Positions 29,708 through 40,505 are shown, counted from the stretch's first letter. The stretch is DNA of 64,000 bases from an uncultured Spirochaetota bacterium (GCA_963845535.1 CAWJSK010000012.1:192001-256000); one strand, 5' to 3'. The notes: a model not told the origin generated them from the letters alone. Numbers and translations: made by a program.

Positions 29708-30241
29708 GTGATGAAAACTCGACGACCCGCTTGGGCAATGAACCGCCTGGCGTTTGTGACGGTGATTCTCGCGGCGATCGCAGTGTCGGCCGGGGCTCAG
29801 GACAACAGCATGTCTGGATCGGGCAACGACATGATGGGGAAGGACATGAGCTACAACGCCCTCAAGAAGAGCGGCATGCTGGCGGATACGAAAATGGGCA
29901 ACCAGCTCAGGCTGGCCCAGAGCACGGGCATGAAGACCATATACACGGACCTGAAGTCGGCCCAGGCCCTGGCGGCAAACAATCCGACCGTGCTCTTTTT
30001 TGCCGCCGACTGGTGCCCCTCGTGCCAGATGGACCTGAAGGACATCAACGCAAATGGCTCGCGCCTTGGGAAGGTGAACGTCGTCGTCGTCGACTATGAC
30101 AAGAGCGCAAGCCTCAAGGCCAGGTACGGCGTAACGGTCCAGGACACATTCGTTCAGATCGACGCCAAGGGCGCCAGGCTTGGGATATGGAACGAGGGCG
30201 GCGTGGACGGCGTTCTTCAGCACGTGAAGGAATCGATGTAG
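29708..30241 (+). CDS. Exported thioredoxin-fold protein
   Basis: Signal peptide and FFAADWCPSC motif; upstream of ccdA. Confidence 0.85.
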   Translation: MMKTRRPAWAMNRLAFVTVILAAIAVSAGAQDNSMSGSGNDMMGKDMSYNALKKSGMLADTKMGNQLRLAQSTGMKTIYTDLKSAQALAANNPTVLFFAADWCPSCQMDLKDINANGSRLGKVNVVVVDYDKSASLKARYGVTVQDTFVQIDAKGARLGIWNEGGVDGVLQHVKESM

Positions 30242-30309
30242 CGCGGTGGGAAGGGGCGATCGTGGCGCCGGCTTCGGCTCGCCGACCGCCCCTACGGAGG
30301 GAGAATCAG

Positions 30310-31134
30310 ATGACAGTCCTGCTCGCATTCGCTTTTCTATCGGGGGTGATCACGATCCTCTCACCCTGCATCCTGCCCGTGCTGCCAATCGTGCTCGCGG
30401 GAGGAGGCTCGGGCGGCAAGGGCCGCCCCTTCGGCGTGATCTCCGGCTTCATCGTGAGCTTCAGTTTCTTCACCCTTGCCCTGTCGACCATCGTCCAGGC
30501 GCTTGGCGTACCCGCCGATACCCTGCGCTACGTCGCTATGGCGCTCATCGTCCTTTTTGGCATCGTCATGGTTGTGCCCCGTTTTCGCGAGCTCTTCGAC
30601 GTGGCAACATCGCGCATCGCATCAGGGGGGAGCCGTGCAGCCGCCAAACCGCGTGCCGGATTCTGGGGGGGCATCCCCGTGGGCCTCAGCCTGGGGCTCG
30701 TCTGGACCCCCTGTGTGGGACCAATCATGGCTTCGGTAATCAGTCTTGCCCTCGCCCAGAAGGTGGACGGCGGTTCTGTTCTCGTCACGGTTGCCTATAC
30801 CCTGGGCACAGCAATCCCCATGCTCGCCATCATGCTTGGCGGCCGCGCCCTCATCGCCAAGGCTCCTGCCCTCTCGAGGAACGCGGGCACAATTCAGCGG
30901 GCGTTCGGTGTCGTCATGATCCTCATGGGAGTCGCCCTGGCGTTCCAGTGGGACCGGCAGATCCAGATCGCAATACTAAGGCAGTTCCCTTCGTACGGCA
31001 GCGGGCTCACGGCGATAGAGAGTGTCGCCCCCGTTACGACGGCGCTCCAAGCGAGGAGTGGGGTTGTTTCCGCCGCCCGAACGCCGCCACAAGGCATGCC
31101 CTTGAAAACTACCCCGGCCTCCGGGAGACAGTGA
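30310..31134 (+). CDS. ccdA: Cytochrome c biogenesis/DsbD transmembrane protein CcdA
   Basis: LSPCILPVLP and WTPCVGP motifs; GGAGG RBS. Confidence 0.88.
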   Translation: MTVLLAFAFLSGVITILSPCILPVLPIVLAGGGSGGKGRPFGVISGFIVSFSFFTLALSTIVQALGVPADTLRYVAMALIVLFGIVMVVPRFRELFDVATSRIASGGSRAAAKPRAGFWGGIPVGLSLGLVWTPCVGPIMASVISLALAQKVDGGSVLVTVAYTLGTAIPMLAIMLGGRALIAKAPALSRNAGTIQRAFGVVMILMGVALAFQWDRQIQIAILRQFPSYGSGLTAIESVAPVTTALQARSGVVSAARTPPQGMPLKTTPASGRQ

Positions 31135-31228
31135 CTCGTGAGGGCCGTCCAAGTGAGATTCTCTATTCATGTGTGACGGCCGCAGGACATGCCTTGACTT
31201 TGGGAATCAGCGAACCTACGCTTCATTC

Positions 31229-31519
31229 ATGAGGCTGTCCGACCGAGAGCGCAACGCCATTGTGAGCGCCGTCCATCACTACGACGTAGAGGCGCAGATT
31301 TTCCTCTTTGGCTCTCGCGTGGATGACGCGAAAAAGGGGGGAGATATCGACCTCCTTGTGCGGTCGGTATCCATCGGGCCGGCGGAAAGAAGGCAAAATC
31401 GCAGGGCCATCTGCGACTCCATCGGAGAGCAAAAGATCGACATCCTCGTCGCCGCCGATCTTGTCAGTCCCATGGCACGGCTGGCGCAAAACTCGGCAGT
31501 CCTTCTCAGTGACGGCTGA
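31229..31519 (+). CDS. Minimal nucleotidyltransferase (MNT) antitoxin-like protein
   Basis: LFGSRVDDAKKGGDIDLLV...EQKIDIL. Confidence 0.85.
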   Translation: MRLSDRERNAIVSAVHHYDVEAQIFLFGSRVDDAKKGGDIDLLVRSVSIGPAERRQNRRAICDSIGEQKIDILVAADLVSPMARLAQNSAVLLSDG

Positions 31520-31697
31520 CATTCTGGCGGTTCTCCGTGAGAACCCCAGCGGAATGCAAAAGTCGGCTGTCTGGCTCAGGCGTTCTTATACAAAGTGCAC
31601 GCGGATCGGGGTGAAAGAAAACTACACGGAAGATGAGTTCGACTCCTTCAAACAGCGCCATTCCGCTCCCGTGACAAGCGGTGCAGGAAGAACTTGA
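31509..31697 (+). pseudogene. Truncated partner of the MNT gene (probable HEPN-type toxin remnant)
   Basis: GTG overlaps the MNT end; ...SAVWLRRSYTKCTRIGVKENYTEDEFDSF then about 12 unrelated residues and a stop. Confidence 0.55.
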
Positions 31698-31736
31698 CGC
31701 TTCCGCAAAAGGCTGCTATATTGCAACCGGTTGCAA
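31694..31736 (+). promoter_or_regulatory. Sigma70 promoter with overlapping LacI-type operator
   Basis: TTGACG-N17-TATATT; palindrome TTGCAACCGGTTGCAA at 31721-36. Confidence 0.8.
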
Positions 31737-31739
31737 AGA

Positions 31740-32747
31740 ATGGCGAGTAAAAAGCTGAAGTCGATACAGGATATTGCCAGGATTGCCGGCGTCTCGAAAT
31801 CCACGGTGTCCCGGGCACTCAACGACAGTCCGCTGATAAAAGCTGAGACCCGGAACACCATTCAGACCATTGCCCGGCAGCACGAGTTCAGGCCCAGCGC
31901 CACGGCGCGCAACCTGTCGCTTCGCACCAGTCGAACAATCGCCTTTGTAAACGATGCCTACAGCAAGGGGGCTTACGAGGTCTCCTGCCCCTTCACCCTC
32001 GAAATCATGGGCGGGATTACCATTGGCCTCCACGAGCTTGGATACGACCTCATGGTGGTTCATGTCAACCCGACTGACTCGGACTGGGCCGCGCAATACA
32101 TGGATACCGGACGGGTGGACGGCTTCATCCTCATGACGGAAAGCGGCAAGCGAGGCCAGGTCGACCTGCTGGTCTCTCGTAAGGCGCCCTTCATTGCATG
32201 GGGCGCAAGCTCGGGCGGGTACTGCACGGTGTGCGGTGACGACAGGCTGGGAGGAAGGCTGGCCACGGAGCGCCTCCTCTCGGACGGCAAGCGCCGCATT
32301 GGCTTCCTCGGGGGGCCGCGCGCGGAAGGCGAGGTCCAAGGGCGGTTGCTTGGATACAAGGATGCGCTCCGCAGCGCGGGGAAAACCTTCGACCAGACCC
32401 TGGTCGAGTATGGTGATTACAGCGAGCGCTCGGGAGAGCGCGCCATGGAGGCGCTCCTTGCCCGGGAGCCAAAAATCGATGGCGTATTCTCCAATAGCGA
32501 CGTCATGGCGATAGCGGCAATGCGCGTTCTCAAGGCCCAGAGGCGCAGAATCCCGGATGACATTGCCGTGGTAGGCTATGATGATCTCTCCCTCGCCTCC
32601 TACGTATCCCCCGCTTTGACAACCATCAGCCAGAAGATCCCTCTCGCCGGCGCGCTGCTGGCACGGGACCTCGTGGCATTCCTGGAGCACGGCACCGTTA
32701 CACACACCGTCGTTCCCGTGGAGCTTATCGAACGTGATTCAGCATAG
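31740..32747 (+). CDS. LacI family transcriptional regulator
   Basis: SIQDIARIAGVSKSTVSRALN and IPDDIAVVGYDD...PALTTI. Confidence 0.95.
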   Translation: MASKKLKSIQDIARIAGVSKSTVSRALNDSPLIKAETRNTIQTIARQHEFRPSATARNLSLRTSRTIAFVNDAYSKGAYEVSCPFTLEIMGGITIGLHELGYDLMVVHVNPTDSDWAAQYMDTGRVDGFILMTESGKRGQVDLLVSRKAPFIAWGASSGGYCTVCGDDRLGGRLATERLLSDGKRRIGFLGGPRAEGEVQGRLLGYKDALRSAGKTFDQTLVEYGDYSERSGERAMEALLAREPKIDGVFSNSDVMAIAAMRVLKAQRRRIPDDIAVVGYDDLSLASYVSPALTTISQKIPLAGALLARDLVAFLEHGTVTHTVVPVELIERDSA

Positions 32748-32766
32748 GTTTTTTGACGCATCGAAA

Positions 32767-32780
32767 TGCAACCGGTTGCA
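32767..32780. promoter_or_regulatory. Second LacI-type operator TGCAACCGGTTGCA
   Basis: Identical 14-bp palindrome immediately before the AAGGAGG RBS of the next gene. Confidence 0.8.
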
Positions 32781-32794
32781 AAAGGAGGGTTCTT

Positions 32795-33325
32795 ATGAGT
32801 TATGCTCGTGACGCGCTTGATCAGGCCGAACGGGAGAGGCAATGGGAGGAAGAATACCGGCATTTCGAGGCTGCACGGGAGCTCAGGCGGGCACGAATCA
32901 AGGGCCTGGTGCGCATGATCAGCATGGCGTTCCGGCCGGCCCGGCGTTTCAGTGACGGTGCCCGGGGGTTCATCCCCATCGATCACATCGTTGGCATGAT
33001 CGATGAAGAAACAGGTCGGCGTTCCGCTCTTCGCCTGTCTGGACGGGGAATCGCCCGGCAGTGGGACAGGCTCTTCAATCAAGACAATCACGACGCGTGC
33101 CCGAGCCTGACGGTTCTGAAAACCGCACGGGGCTGGTACCTGACGGGTGGAGCAGCTTCCCTGGTCCGGCTGGAAGTGCTGCGGGCAAAGGGCCATCGCA
33201 CCATCTGGGTCACGCGGGCATGCCGGGGAACAGGTGCGCCATTTCGCGGTATCTTTGTCTCATCCGGAGGCTGCGGCCCGGCGTATGAGATTGAGCAGGA
33301 AGGGGGAGACTATGAAACGGCATAA
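32795..33325 (+). CDS. Hypothetical protein, degenerate ParB-like N-terminal domain
   Basis: IPIDHIVG...QWDRL...PSLTVLKTARGWYLTGG; strong RBS; canonical DGHHR motif absent. Confidence 0.55.
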   Translation: MSYARDALDQAERERQWEEEYRHFEAARELRRARIKGLVRMISMAFRPARRFSDGARGFIPIDHIVGMIDEETGRRSALRLSGRGIARQWDRLFNQDNHDACPSLTVLKTARGWYLTGGAASLVRLEVLRAKGHRTIWVTRACRGTGAPFRGIFVSSGGCGPAYEIEQEGGDYETA

Positions 33326-33721
33326 GATTCAACTGCCGCTGGTCTTCGCGCTTGTTCTGGCTGCAAGCGCCGTGTCGCTTGCGGGCTGTGCATCAGCCCC
33401 TACCACCCGGGCGGACGTGACGCCCGGAGGCGCGGCGCTTGTCATGAAGGCAAGCAACTTCGCCTTTGATCCGAATATGGTTTCCGTCCATGGGACGGGG
33501 GTCGTCACGATGACCATATCGAACACAAGCGGCACGGGACACAACATCACCGTTGATGACCCCAAAGGGGAAAGTAATCACCAACGTGGAAATACCGCCG
33601 AACGCAACGGTGAATACCCAGATCAGCATTTTCAGCCCCTGGGGACTACTACTTCTTCTGCAACCATCCCTTCCACGCCAGTTTCGGCATGAAAGGCCAC
33701 TTCATTGTTTCAGGAAGCTGA
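33312..33721 (+). pseudogene. Cupredoxin-domain lipoprotein with two frameshifts (possibly assembly errors)
   Basis: LAGC lipobox, NFAFDP and GHNI in one frame; KVITNVEIPP in a second; PGDYYFFCNHPFHASFGMKG in a third. Confidence 0.75.
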
Positions 33722-33774
33722 GGGACGGGGTTTCCGGAAGGTGACGGGGCTCAGGAAGCTGACGGGACGGGCCC

Positions 33775-34530
33775 TCAGGTGAGTGCAGGGTAGGCGTCCG
33801 CCATGATGGCGACGCTTGCAGTCGAGCCAATCCGGTCGGCGCCCGCGGCTATCAGGGCAAGGGCAGCGCGGGCGCTGCGGATGCCGCCATTGGCCTTGAG
33901 CCCAACCTCAGGCCCCGCCACCTTGCGCATCAGCGCCAGGTCTTCGGCGGTCGCAACACCGCCGAGAAAGCCCGTCGAAGCCGTTAGGAAGCCCGCCCCC
34001 GCCTTGCGCGAAAGCTCGCACGCGAGAACCTTCTCCTCCTGCGTGAGAAGGACCATCTCGATGATGACGTTGAGAACCGTGGTCCGCCGCGTGGCCCGGC
34101 GAACGGCTCTGATGTCCTCTTCAACAGCCCGGTAGTCCCTCGATCTGAGAAGGCCGCTGTTGATCACCACGTGTATCTCGGATGCGCCGTCAGAGACGGC
34201 CTCGCGCGCCTCGAATGCCTTGGCCCTGCTCGTCATTGCCCCGAGCGGGAAGCCGACAACAGCGCAGACCTTCACGTCGGTTCCCTGGAGCTTGCGCGCG
34301 GCGTGCGCCACGCGGCTTGCATTGACGCACACGCCCGCGAAGCCGAACTGCACCGCCTCCTGGCACAGCCGCTCTATCGAGGCTGTGGATGCCTCCGGCC
34401 GAAGCTGCGTGTGATCGATGAACCTCGCCAGTTCCGCCGGCTCGATGCGGGGCGCCGCGGAAGCGCGGGCGGTCCTCAGCCGGGCCGCCACATCGGCGAC
34501 AATCTTGTCGATGAGCGCGTTGCGATCCAT
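33775..34530 (-). CDS. deoC: Deoxyribose-phosphate aldolase homologue with substituted catalytic residues
   Basis: IDHTQL, CAVVGFPLGA, STGF, KANGGIR and GADRIGS present, but EIHVV, LNVIIE and FLTASTG replace EIDMV, LKVIIE and FVKTSTG. Confidence 0.85.
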   Translation of the reverse strand: MDRNALIDKIVADVAARLRTARASAAPRIEPAELARFIDHTQLRPEASTASIERLCQEAVQFGFAGVCVNASRVAHAARKLQGTDVKVCAVVGFPLGAMTSRAKAFEAREAVSDGASEIHVVINSGLLRSRDYRAVEEDIRAVRRATRRTTVLNVIIEMVLLTQEEKVLACELSRKAGAGFLTASTGFLGGVATAEDLALMRKVAGPEVGLKANGGIRSARAALALIAAGADRIGSTASVAIMADAYPALT

Positions 34531-34536
34531 GAGCTC

Positions 34537-36225
34537 TTAGCCGGTGATTGCGCCCTTGCTCGCGGAGGAAACCAGTCGGGCGTACTTTGCCAGCGCGCCC
34601 GTTGTATAAGCGATTTTCCTGGGCTTCCATCCCGTGCGGCGTTTTTCGATTTCTTCCTTTGAAAGGTCCACCGAAAGGATCCCTTTCTTGGCGTCGATAG
34701 TGATCCGGTCACCGTCACGGAGGAGCGCAATCACGCCGCCGTCAACGGCCTCAGGGCAGACGTGGCCGACGAGCATGCCGTGGCTGCCGCCGGAAAACCG
34801 CCCGTCCGTGATGAGAGCCACGTCCGAAAGCATCCCGGCTCCGGCAAGCGCGGAGGTTGGGGCGAGCATCTCCCGCATCCCCGGCCCGCCGCGCGGCCCT
34901 TCGTTTCGGATCACCAGGGTGTCACCCTTGCGGATGGTCTTTTTCAGGATGGCCTCCAGCGCGTCTTCTTCACTCTCGAACACGCGCGCTGGCCCCGTGT
35001 GGCTGAACTCTCCGATCCCCGCCGTCTTCAACACAGCCCCGTCTTCCGCGAGGTTCCCCTTGAGGATGCTGATGGGACCGTGAGGGTCGACTGGATTGGA
35101 GAACGGATGAATGACGTCCTGGCCCGCCAGGTCCGTGGGAACCTCCGCGAGGTTCTCCTTGACCGTCTTTCCGCTCACGGTGAGACAGCCGCCGTGCAGG
35201 AGGCCCTCGTCCAGGAGCAGTCGCATGACTTTCTGCACGCCGCCTGAGCGGTACAGGTCATTCATGACGTAGCGGCCGCCTGGCTTCATGTCGCACAGCG
35301 TGGGCGTGGTCTGGTAGAACTTGTTGAAATCGAAAATGTCGAGCTTCACCTGGGCCTCCGCCGCAAGGGCAAGGAGGTGAAGGACGGCGTTCGTCGAGCC
35401 GCCCACGGCCATGACGACCCGGATGGCGTTCTCAAAGGCTTCCCGGGTCATGATGTCCCGGGGGGTGACGCCGCGGCGCACCAGATCCATGAGCGAAGCT
35501 CCCGCGCGCTTCATGTCGTCTTTCTTTGCGGGCTCCACGGCGGGGATGGAGCAGCTTCCGGGGAGGCTCATCCCGATTGCTTCCATGGCGGAGGCCATGG
35601 TGTTGGCCGTGTACATGCCGCCGCACGCTCCTGGCCCGGGACATGCCGTGCACTCAATGCCGTGCCGCTCCTCCTCGGTGATCTTCCCGGCTGAGAACCG
35701 GCCCACCGCCTCGAAAGCGCTCACGATGTCCACAGGCGTTCCCTGGTAGCTCCCCGCTTTGATGGTGCCGCCGTACACGAACAGGGAGGGAAGGTTGAGC
35801 CGCGCCATGGCCATCACCGTGCCGGGGATGGTCTTGTCACACCCGCCGATCCCGAGGATGGCGTCCATCTGGTGGCCCCTGACCACGAGCTCAATGGCGT
35901 CCGCTATGGTGTCCCGGCTGACCAGGGAGCACTTCATGCCTTCGTGCCCCATGGCCTCGCCGTCAGTCACCACGAACGTGTTGAACTTCATGGGCGCGCC
36001 GCCTGCTTCCTTCAGGGCCGCCTTGGAAATGGCGGCAAGGTCATCCAGGTGGACGTTACACGGGGTCACCTCGCTTCCCGCGGAAGCAATCCCGATGATG
36101 GGCTTGTCGAAGTCTGCGTCGGTGAAACCTACGGCGCGCAGCATTGCGCGGTTGGGCATCCGTGAGACGCCCTCCGTCATTGTGCGGCTGTGTGTGTTGA
36201 GGCGCTGGTTCGTCTTTTCAGCCAC
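34537..36225 (-). CDS. ilvD: Dihydroxy-acid dehydratase
   Basis: PCNVHL, GCDKTIPG, CGGMYTANTM, GGSTNAVLHL and TDGRFSGGS; GTG start overlaps the leuD end. Confidence 0.96.
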   Translation of the reverse strand: MAEKTNQRLNTHSRTMTEGVSRMPNRAMLRAVGFTDADFDKPIIGIASAGSEVTPCNVHLDDLAAISKAALKEAGGAPMKFNTFVVTDGEAMGHEGMKCSLVSRDTIADAIELVVRGHQMDAILGIGGCDKTIPGTVMAMARLNLPSLFVYGGTIKAGSYQGTPVDIVSAFEAVGRFSAGKITEEERHGIECTACPGPGACGGMYTANTMASAMEAIGMSLPGSCSIPAVEPAKKDDMKRAGASLMDLVRRGVTPRDIMTREAFENAIRVVMAVGGSTNAVLHLLALAAEAQVKLDIFDFNKFYQTTPTLCDMKPGGRYVMNDLYRSGGVQKVMRLLLDEGLLHGGCLTVSGKTVKENLAEVPTDLAGQDVIHPFSNPVDPHGPISILKGNLAEDGAVLKTAGIGEFSHTGPARVFESEEDALEAILKKTIRKGDTLVIRNEGPRGGPGMREMLAPTSALAGAGMLSDVALITDGRFSGGSHGMLVGHVCPEAVDGGVIALLRDGDRITIDAKKGILSVDLSKEEIEKRRTGWKPRKIAYTTGALAKYARLVSSASKGAITG

Positions 36226-36859
36226 GGCTGCCTCCGTGCGCCGCGGCAAACCCGTGGACGTACGGTATGCGGGCCGCGGTTGCCCGGATGGCGTCCTTGT
36301 TGGAGAGGAGCATGGCGGTTGTGTCCCAGGTACCGGACGCCAGGCTCTTCCTGTCAGCATCCGGCATGGTGAAGGAAAACTGATCACGGCCCGCGGTCAC
36401 GGTAAGGGACTCCAGGTCCACGCTGATCTCAAGGGAAGGGTCTTTCTCCACAAGGGCCTGGATCCGCACGGCGTCTTCATGAGAAACACGCGCCGCGGGA
36501 AGACCCAAAGCGGTGCAGTTCCCGGAGAATATCTCCGCAAACGACTCTCCCACGAACGCCTGGATTCCCATTCGCATGAGCGACTGGGGAGCGTGCTCCC
36601 GCGATGATCCGCAACCGAAGTTCCGGTTGACCAGCATGATGGTCCCACCGGTGAAGCGAGGGTCGTTCAGCGGATGGCTTTTGGGCTTTCCTGCGTCATC
36701 GAAGCGCTCGTCATAGAACGCATACTGGCCCAGCTCTTCGAAGGTGATCATGCGCAGGTAGCGCGCGGGGATGATCCGGTCCGTGTCGATGTCATCCCCC
36801 GGCACGACGATGCCCCTGCCCTTGATGAGCTTCCTCACGCTTCCAGCATCCGCCATCAC
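36218..36859 (-). CDS. leuD: 3-isopropylmalate dehydratase small subunit
   Basis: [13 protein letters not shown] and [12 protein letters not shown]. Confidence 0.96.
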   Translation of the reverse strand: MMADAGSVRKLIKGRGIVVPGDDIDTDRIIPARYLRMITFEELGQYAFYDERFDDAGKPKSHPLNDPRFTGGTIMLVNRNFGCGSSREHAPQSLMRMGIQAFVGESFAEIFSGNCTALGLPAARVSHEDAVRIQALVEKDPSLEISVDLESLTVTAGRDQFSFTMPDADRKSLASGTWDTTAMLLSNKDAIRATAARIPYVHGFAAAHGGSRG

Positions 36860-38280
36860 GACCTCCCGTTGCCGCTGCCCCCGGGCAGCACGCGCCGCGC
36901 ATCCACCACTTCACCGGCAACCGCCGCGGCTGCCGCCATGGCCGGGCTCATGAGGAGCGTTCTCCCGTGCGGGGACCCCTGGCGGCCAATGAAGTTCCTG
37001 TTGGACGAGCTTGCGCAGACCTGGCGGCCGCTCAGCTTGTCGGGGTTCATGGCAAGGCACATGGAGCAACCGGCGTCCCGCCACTCGAAGCCGGCCTCCC
37101 GGAAGATCTCCGGCAGGCCTTCCGCCACCGCTTGTCGAAGCACGGCTTTGGAGCCGGGGACCACAAGTGCTTTCACCCGTGAAGACACCTTCCTGCCCTT
37201 GATCACCCGCGCAGCCTCGCGCAGGTCAGAGATCCTTCCGTTCGTGCAGGACCCGATGAACGCCACGTCCACGGGAAGCCCCTCGACGGGCTCCCCTTCC
37301 TTGAATCCGGTATGGTTGTAAGCCTTTTTGAGCGCGTCCTGGTCCGAAGCTCGGGCGTCCGACACGCGCGGGAGCTTCCGGGAGACGCCGACCGCCTGTC
37401 CCGGATTGATGCCCCAGGAAACCATGGGCTCGACGGAGCCGCCGTCAAGCGTGTGGGTGTCCGCGTAGTCCGCGTCTGCATCCGACGCCATGCTCTTCCA
37501 GAACTGGACGGCTTTGTCGAAGTCCCCGTCCTTGGGCACGAACCGCCTGCCCTTCAAGTATTCGATGGTTACGGAGTCAGGGTTGATGTACCCTGCGCGC
37601 GCCCCTCCCTCGATGCTCATGTTGCACATGGTGAGGCGCGACTCCATGGTGAGCGCGCTCACGGCCGGCCCGCCGTACTCATACGCAAAGCCGATCCCGC
37701 CGTTCACCCCGAGGTCCGCGATGATCCGGATGATGAGGTCCTTGGCGGTCACTCCGGCCGGGAGCGTCCCTTTCACCTCGATCCTCCTGACCTTGGGCCG
37801 TGTGAGGGCAAGGGTCTGCGTGGCCAGGATGTCGCGGATCTGCGAGGTCCCCACCCCGAAAGCAATGGAGCCCAACGCGCCGTGTGTTGAGGTGTGCGAG
37901 TCCCCGCAGGCGATGGTCATGCCCGGCTGCGTGAGGCCAAGCTCGGGTCCAATGATGTGCACAATGCCCTGGTCATCCGTGTTCCCGAAGAACGTGATCC
38001 CGTGCGCCTCGGCGTTTCGTTCGATGGCGCGCATCATCTGCTCCGCCAGCTCGTCGGCGAACGGCCTCCGCTGGCCGTCAGTGGGCACGATGTGATCCAC
38101 CGTGGCGAAGGTCCGCTCGGGGAACAGCACCTTCAGGCCCCTGTCCGTAAGCGCCTGGAACGCCTGGGGTGACGTCACCTCGTGAACGAGGTGGAGGCCA
38201 ATGAACAACTGGTCCTGCCCAGATGGCAGGGTTCCGACCTTGTGCAGGTCCCACACCTTGTCGAGCAGCGTTCTTCCCAT
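36856..38280 (-). CDS. leuC: 3-isopropylmalate dehydratase large subunit
   Basis: [36 protein letters not shown] and [10 protein letters not shown]. Confidence 0.97.
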   Translation of the reverse strand: MGRTLLDKVWDLHKVGTLPSGQDQLFIGLHLVHEVTSPQAFQALTDRGLKVLFPERTFATVDHIVPTDGQRRPFADELAEQMMRAIERNAEAHGITFFGNTDDQGIVHIIGPELGLTQPGMTIACGDSHTSTHGALGSIAFGVGTSQIRDILATQTLALTRPKVRRIEVKGTLPAGVTAKDLIIRIIADLGVNGGIGFAYEYGGPAVSALTMESRLTMCNMSIEGGARAGYINPDSVTIEYLKGRRFVPKDGDFDKAVQFWKSMASDADADYADTHTLDGGSVEPMVSWGINPGQAVGVSRKLPRVSDARASDQDALKKAYNHTGFKEGEPVEGLPVDVAFIGSCTNGRISDLREAARVIKGRKVSSRVKALVVPGSKAVLRQAVAEGLPEIFREAGFEWRDAGCSMCLAMNPDKLSGRQVCASSSNRNFIGRQGSPHGRTLLMSPAMAAAAAVAGEVVDARRVLPGGSGNGRS

Positions 38281-38286
38281 GATCCC

Positions 38287-38793
38287 TTAGGTGACCTCCT
38301 CACCACGAGCCATCAATACCTTGCCGGTCCGAACCATTTCTATCACTCCATATCCGCCCAGCATCCGGTGCAGGGCATCCAGCTTCTCCGTGTTCCCCGT
38401 GATCTGCGCGGTGAGCGCGTTCTCCGAAAGGTCCAGCACGTGGCCCTTGAACGTGTGCACCACGTCAAGCACCTCGGTCCGCTTTTCCGGAGGACAGCGC
38501 ACCTTCACCAGCGCGAGCTCCCTCTGGATGACGTCCTTGCCCGTGTTATCGACGGCATGAACCACGTCCACGAGCTTGGCGAGCTGCATCAGGATGTGCC
38601 CGATGGTCCTCTCGTCTCCTGTGGCCACGATGTTCATGTGCGAGAACGCCGGGTCATGCGCCTCCGAGACGACCATGCTGTCGATGTTGAACCCCCGCCG
38701 GGCGAACACCAGCGCAATGCGGTTCAGCACCCCGAACTTGTTCGCCACGTAGAGGCTCACCAGGTGCTTCCGAACGGTCCCCGTGGCGGCCAT
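38287..38793 (-). CDS. ilvN: Acetolactate synthase small (regulatory) subunit
   Basis: ACT domain NKFGVLNRIALVFARRGFNIDS, RELALVKV and EMVRTG. Confidence 0.95.
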   Translation of the reverse strand: MAATGTVRKHLVSLYVANKFGVLNRIALVFARRGFNIDSMVVSEAHDPAFSHMNIVATGDERTIGHILMQLAKLVDVVHAVDNTGKDVIQRELALVKVRCPPEKRTEVLDVVHTFKGHVLDLSENALTAQITGNTEKLDALHRMLGGYGVIEMVRTGKVLMARGEEVT

Positions 38794-40505
38794 CAGGAGC
38801 GCTCCTTTTCGTTTCCGGGCCCCAGGATCATGTCCTTCATGGAGGCGCCGGCGGGGATCATGGGAAACACGTTATCCTCTTTTGCCACCTCAGCGTCAAT
38901 GACCACAGGCCCGTCCGTGTGCGCCAGAGCTTTCTCCAGCACCGAGGTCACCTCCCCGTTCCTGCGGATGCGGAAGGCCTTGCACCCGTAGCTTTCCGCA
39001 AGCTTCACGAAGTCCGGGTTCCCCACCAGGTCCACGCCGGAAAGGCGGTTCTCCCAGAACAGGTTCTGCCACTGGCGCACCATCCCGAGGTAGCGGTTGT
39101 TGATGATGAGCACCTTGATGGGCAGCTTCAAGTTGACCGCGGTGGAAAGCTCGTACATCGTCATCTGGAAGCCGCCGTCACCGACAACCGCGCACACCAG
39201 GTCATTCGGCCGCGCGAGCTGCGCCCCAATGGCGGCCGGAAAGCCGAAGCCCATGGTGCCGGCGCCACCGGAGGATATCCACTTGAATCTCTCCTCCGTA
39301 AGGTAGAATTGCGCGGCCCACATCTGGTGCTGGCCCACGTCCGTGGTGACGATGGCTTTCCCCCCGGTGAGGCGGTACAGCTCGTCAATCACGTACTGCG
39401 CTTCGAACGTCCCTTTCTTGTGGTAGTGAAGCGGGTACGCCTTCCGCCACCCGGCAATGCGCTCCCGCCATTCCGTGGTGTCCCCGGGGACAAGCTGCTT
39501 GTTGAGCTGGGCAAGGACGGCGCGCGCGTCTCCCACGATTGCGCAGTCCATCTGATACAGCTTGTTGATCTCCGCGGGGTCGATGTCGATATGGATCTTC
39601 AGCGCGTCGGGACAGAACGTGTCCGGGGTGCCCGTGATCCGGTCATCCCACCGGGAGCCCACCGACATGATCAGGTCACAGTCCACGACAGCCTTGTTGG
39701 CATACGCTGTCCCGTGCATCCCGAGCATTCCGACGCTCAGCGGATGGGTCTCGGGAAAGGCGCCCTTTCCCAGGAGCGTGTTGGTGACCGGTATCTGCAT
39801 GGTCTCCGCAAGCGTGCGAAGCTCCGCGCCTGCTCCCGATATCACGGCGCCGTGGCCCGCGAGAAGGATGGGGCGTTTGGCCTGGTGGAGGAGCTTCGCC
39901 ACGCAGGCCACCTGCTCCGGGTCGCCTTCCTCAGGCACATGGTAGCCGGGGAGATGGAACTCCTCATCCGTGCGCAGCTCGATGGTCATATTGGAGCAGT
40001 TTCGGGGGATGTCGACGAGCACCGGACCCGGCCGGCCGCTGTTGGCCAGGTAGAAGGCTTCCCGGAGCACGCGCGGGATATCCGCGGCATCCTTGATGAG
40101 ATACGAGTGCTTGACCACAGGCAGGGAAATGCCTGTGACGTCGGCCTCCTGAAACGCGTCCATCCCGAGGTCCTTCACGCTGGCCTGGCCCGTGAGCACG
40201 ACCATGGGAACGGAATCCATCTTCGCGGTCAGGATTCCCGTAATGGTGTTGGTGGCGCCGGGTCCGGAGGTGACCAGGACCACCCCGGGCTGCCCCGAGG
40301 CGCGAGCAAAACCGTCAGCCATGTGCGTTGCGCCCTGTTCATGTCGGGTCAGCACCAATTGAATGGAAGAATCCACAAGGGCATCGAACAACGGAATGGC
40401 CGCGCCGCCGGGGAGACCGAACACATACTTCACCCCCTGCTGCTGCAGTATGTGCACCACCGCCTGGGCGCCCGTGAAGGAGCGCTTTGCCTTTGCATCT
40501 CCCAT
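38793..40505 (-). CDS. ilvB: Acetolactate synthase large subunit
   Basis: [35 protein letters not shown] and GDGGFQM...NN. Confidence 0.96.
   Translation of the reverse strand: MGDAKAKRSFTGAQAVVHILQQQGVKYVFGLPGGAAIPLFDALVDSSIQLVLTRHEQGATHMADGFARASGQPGVVLVTSGPGATNTITGILTAKMDSVPMVVLTGQASVKDLGMDAFQEADVTGISLPVVKHSYLIKDAADIPRVLREAFYLANSGRPGPVLVDIPRNCSNMTIELRTDEEFHLPGYHVPEEGDPEQVACVAKLLHQAKRPILLAGHGAVISGAGAELRTLAETMQIPVTNTLLGKGAFPETHPLSVGMLGMHGTAYANKAVVDCDLIMSVGSRWDDRITGTPDTFCPDALKIHIDIDPAEINKLYQMDCAIVGDARAVLAQLNKQLVPGDTTEWRERIAGWRKAYPLHYHKKGTFEAQYVIDELYRLTGGKAIVTTDVGQHQMWAAQFYLTEERFKWISSGGAGTMGFGFPAAIGAQLARPNDLVCAVVGDGGFQMTMYELSTAVNLKLPIKVLIINNRYLGMVRQWQNLFWENRLSGVDLVGNPDFVKLAESYGCKAFRIRRNGEVTSVLEKALAHTDGPVVIDAEVAKEDNVFPMIPAGASMKDMILGPGNEKERS

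Noticed and set aside
33711..33779. Short degenerate tandem repeats (CAGGAAGCTGA...GACGGG) between convergent genes
   Set aside because: Only 2-3 short imperfect units, without spacers or cas genes; not a CRISPR array.
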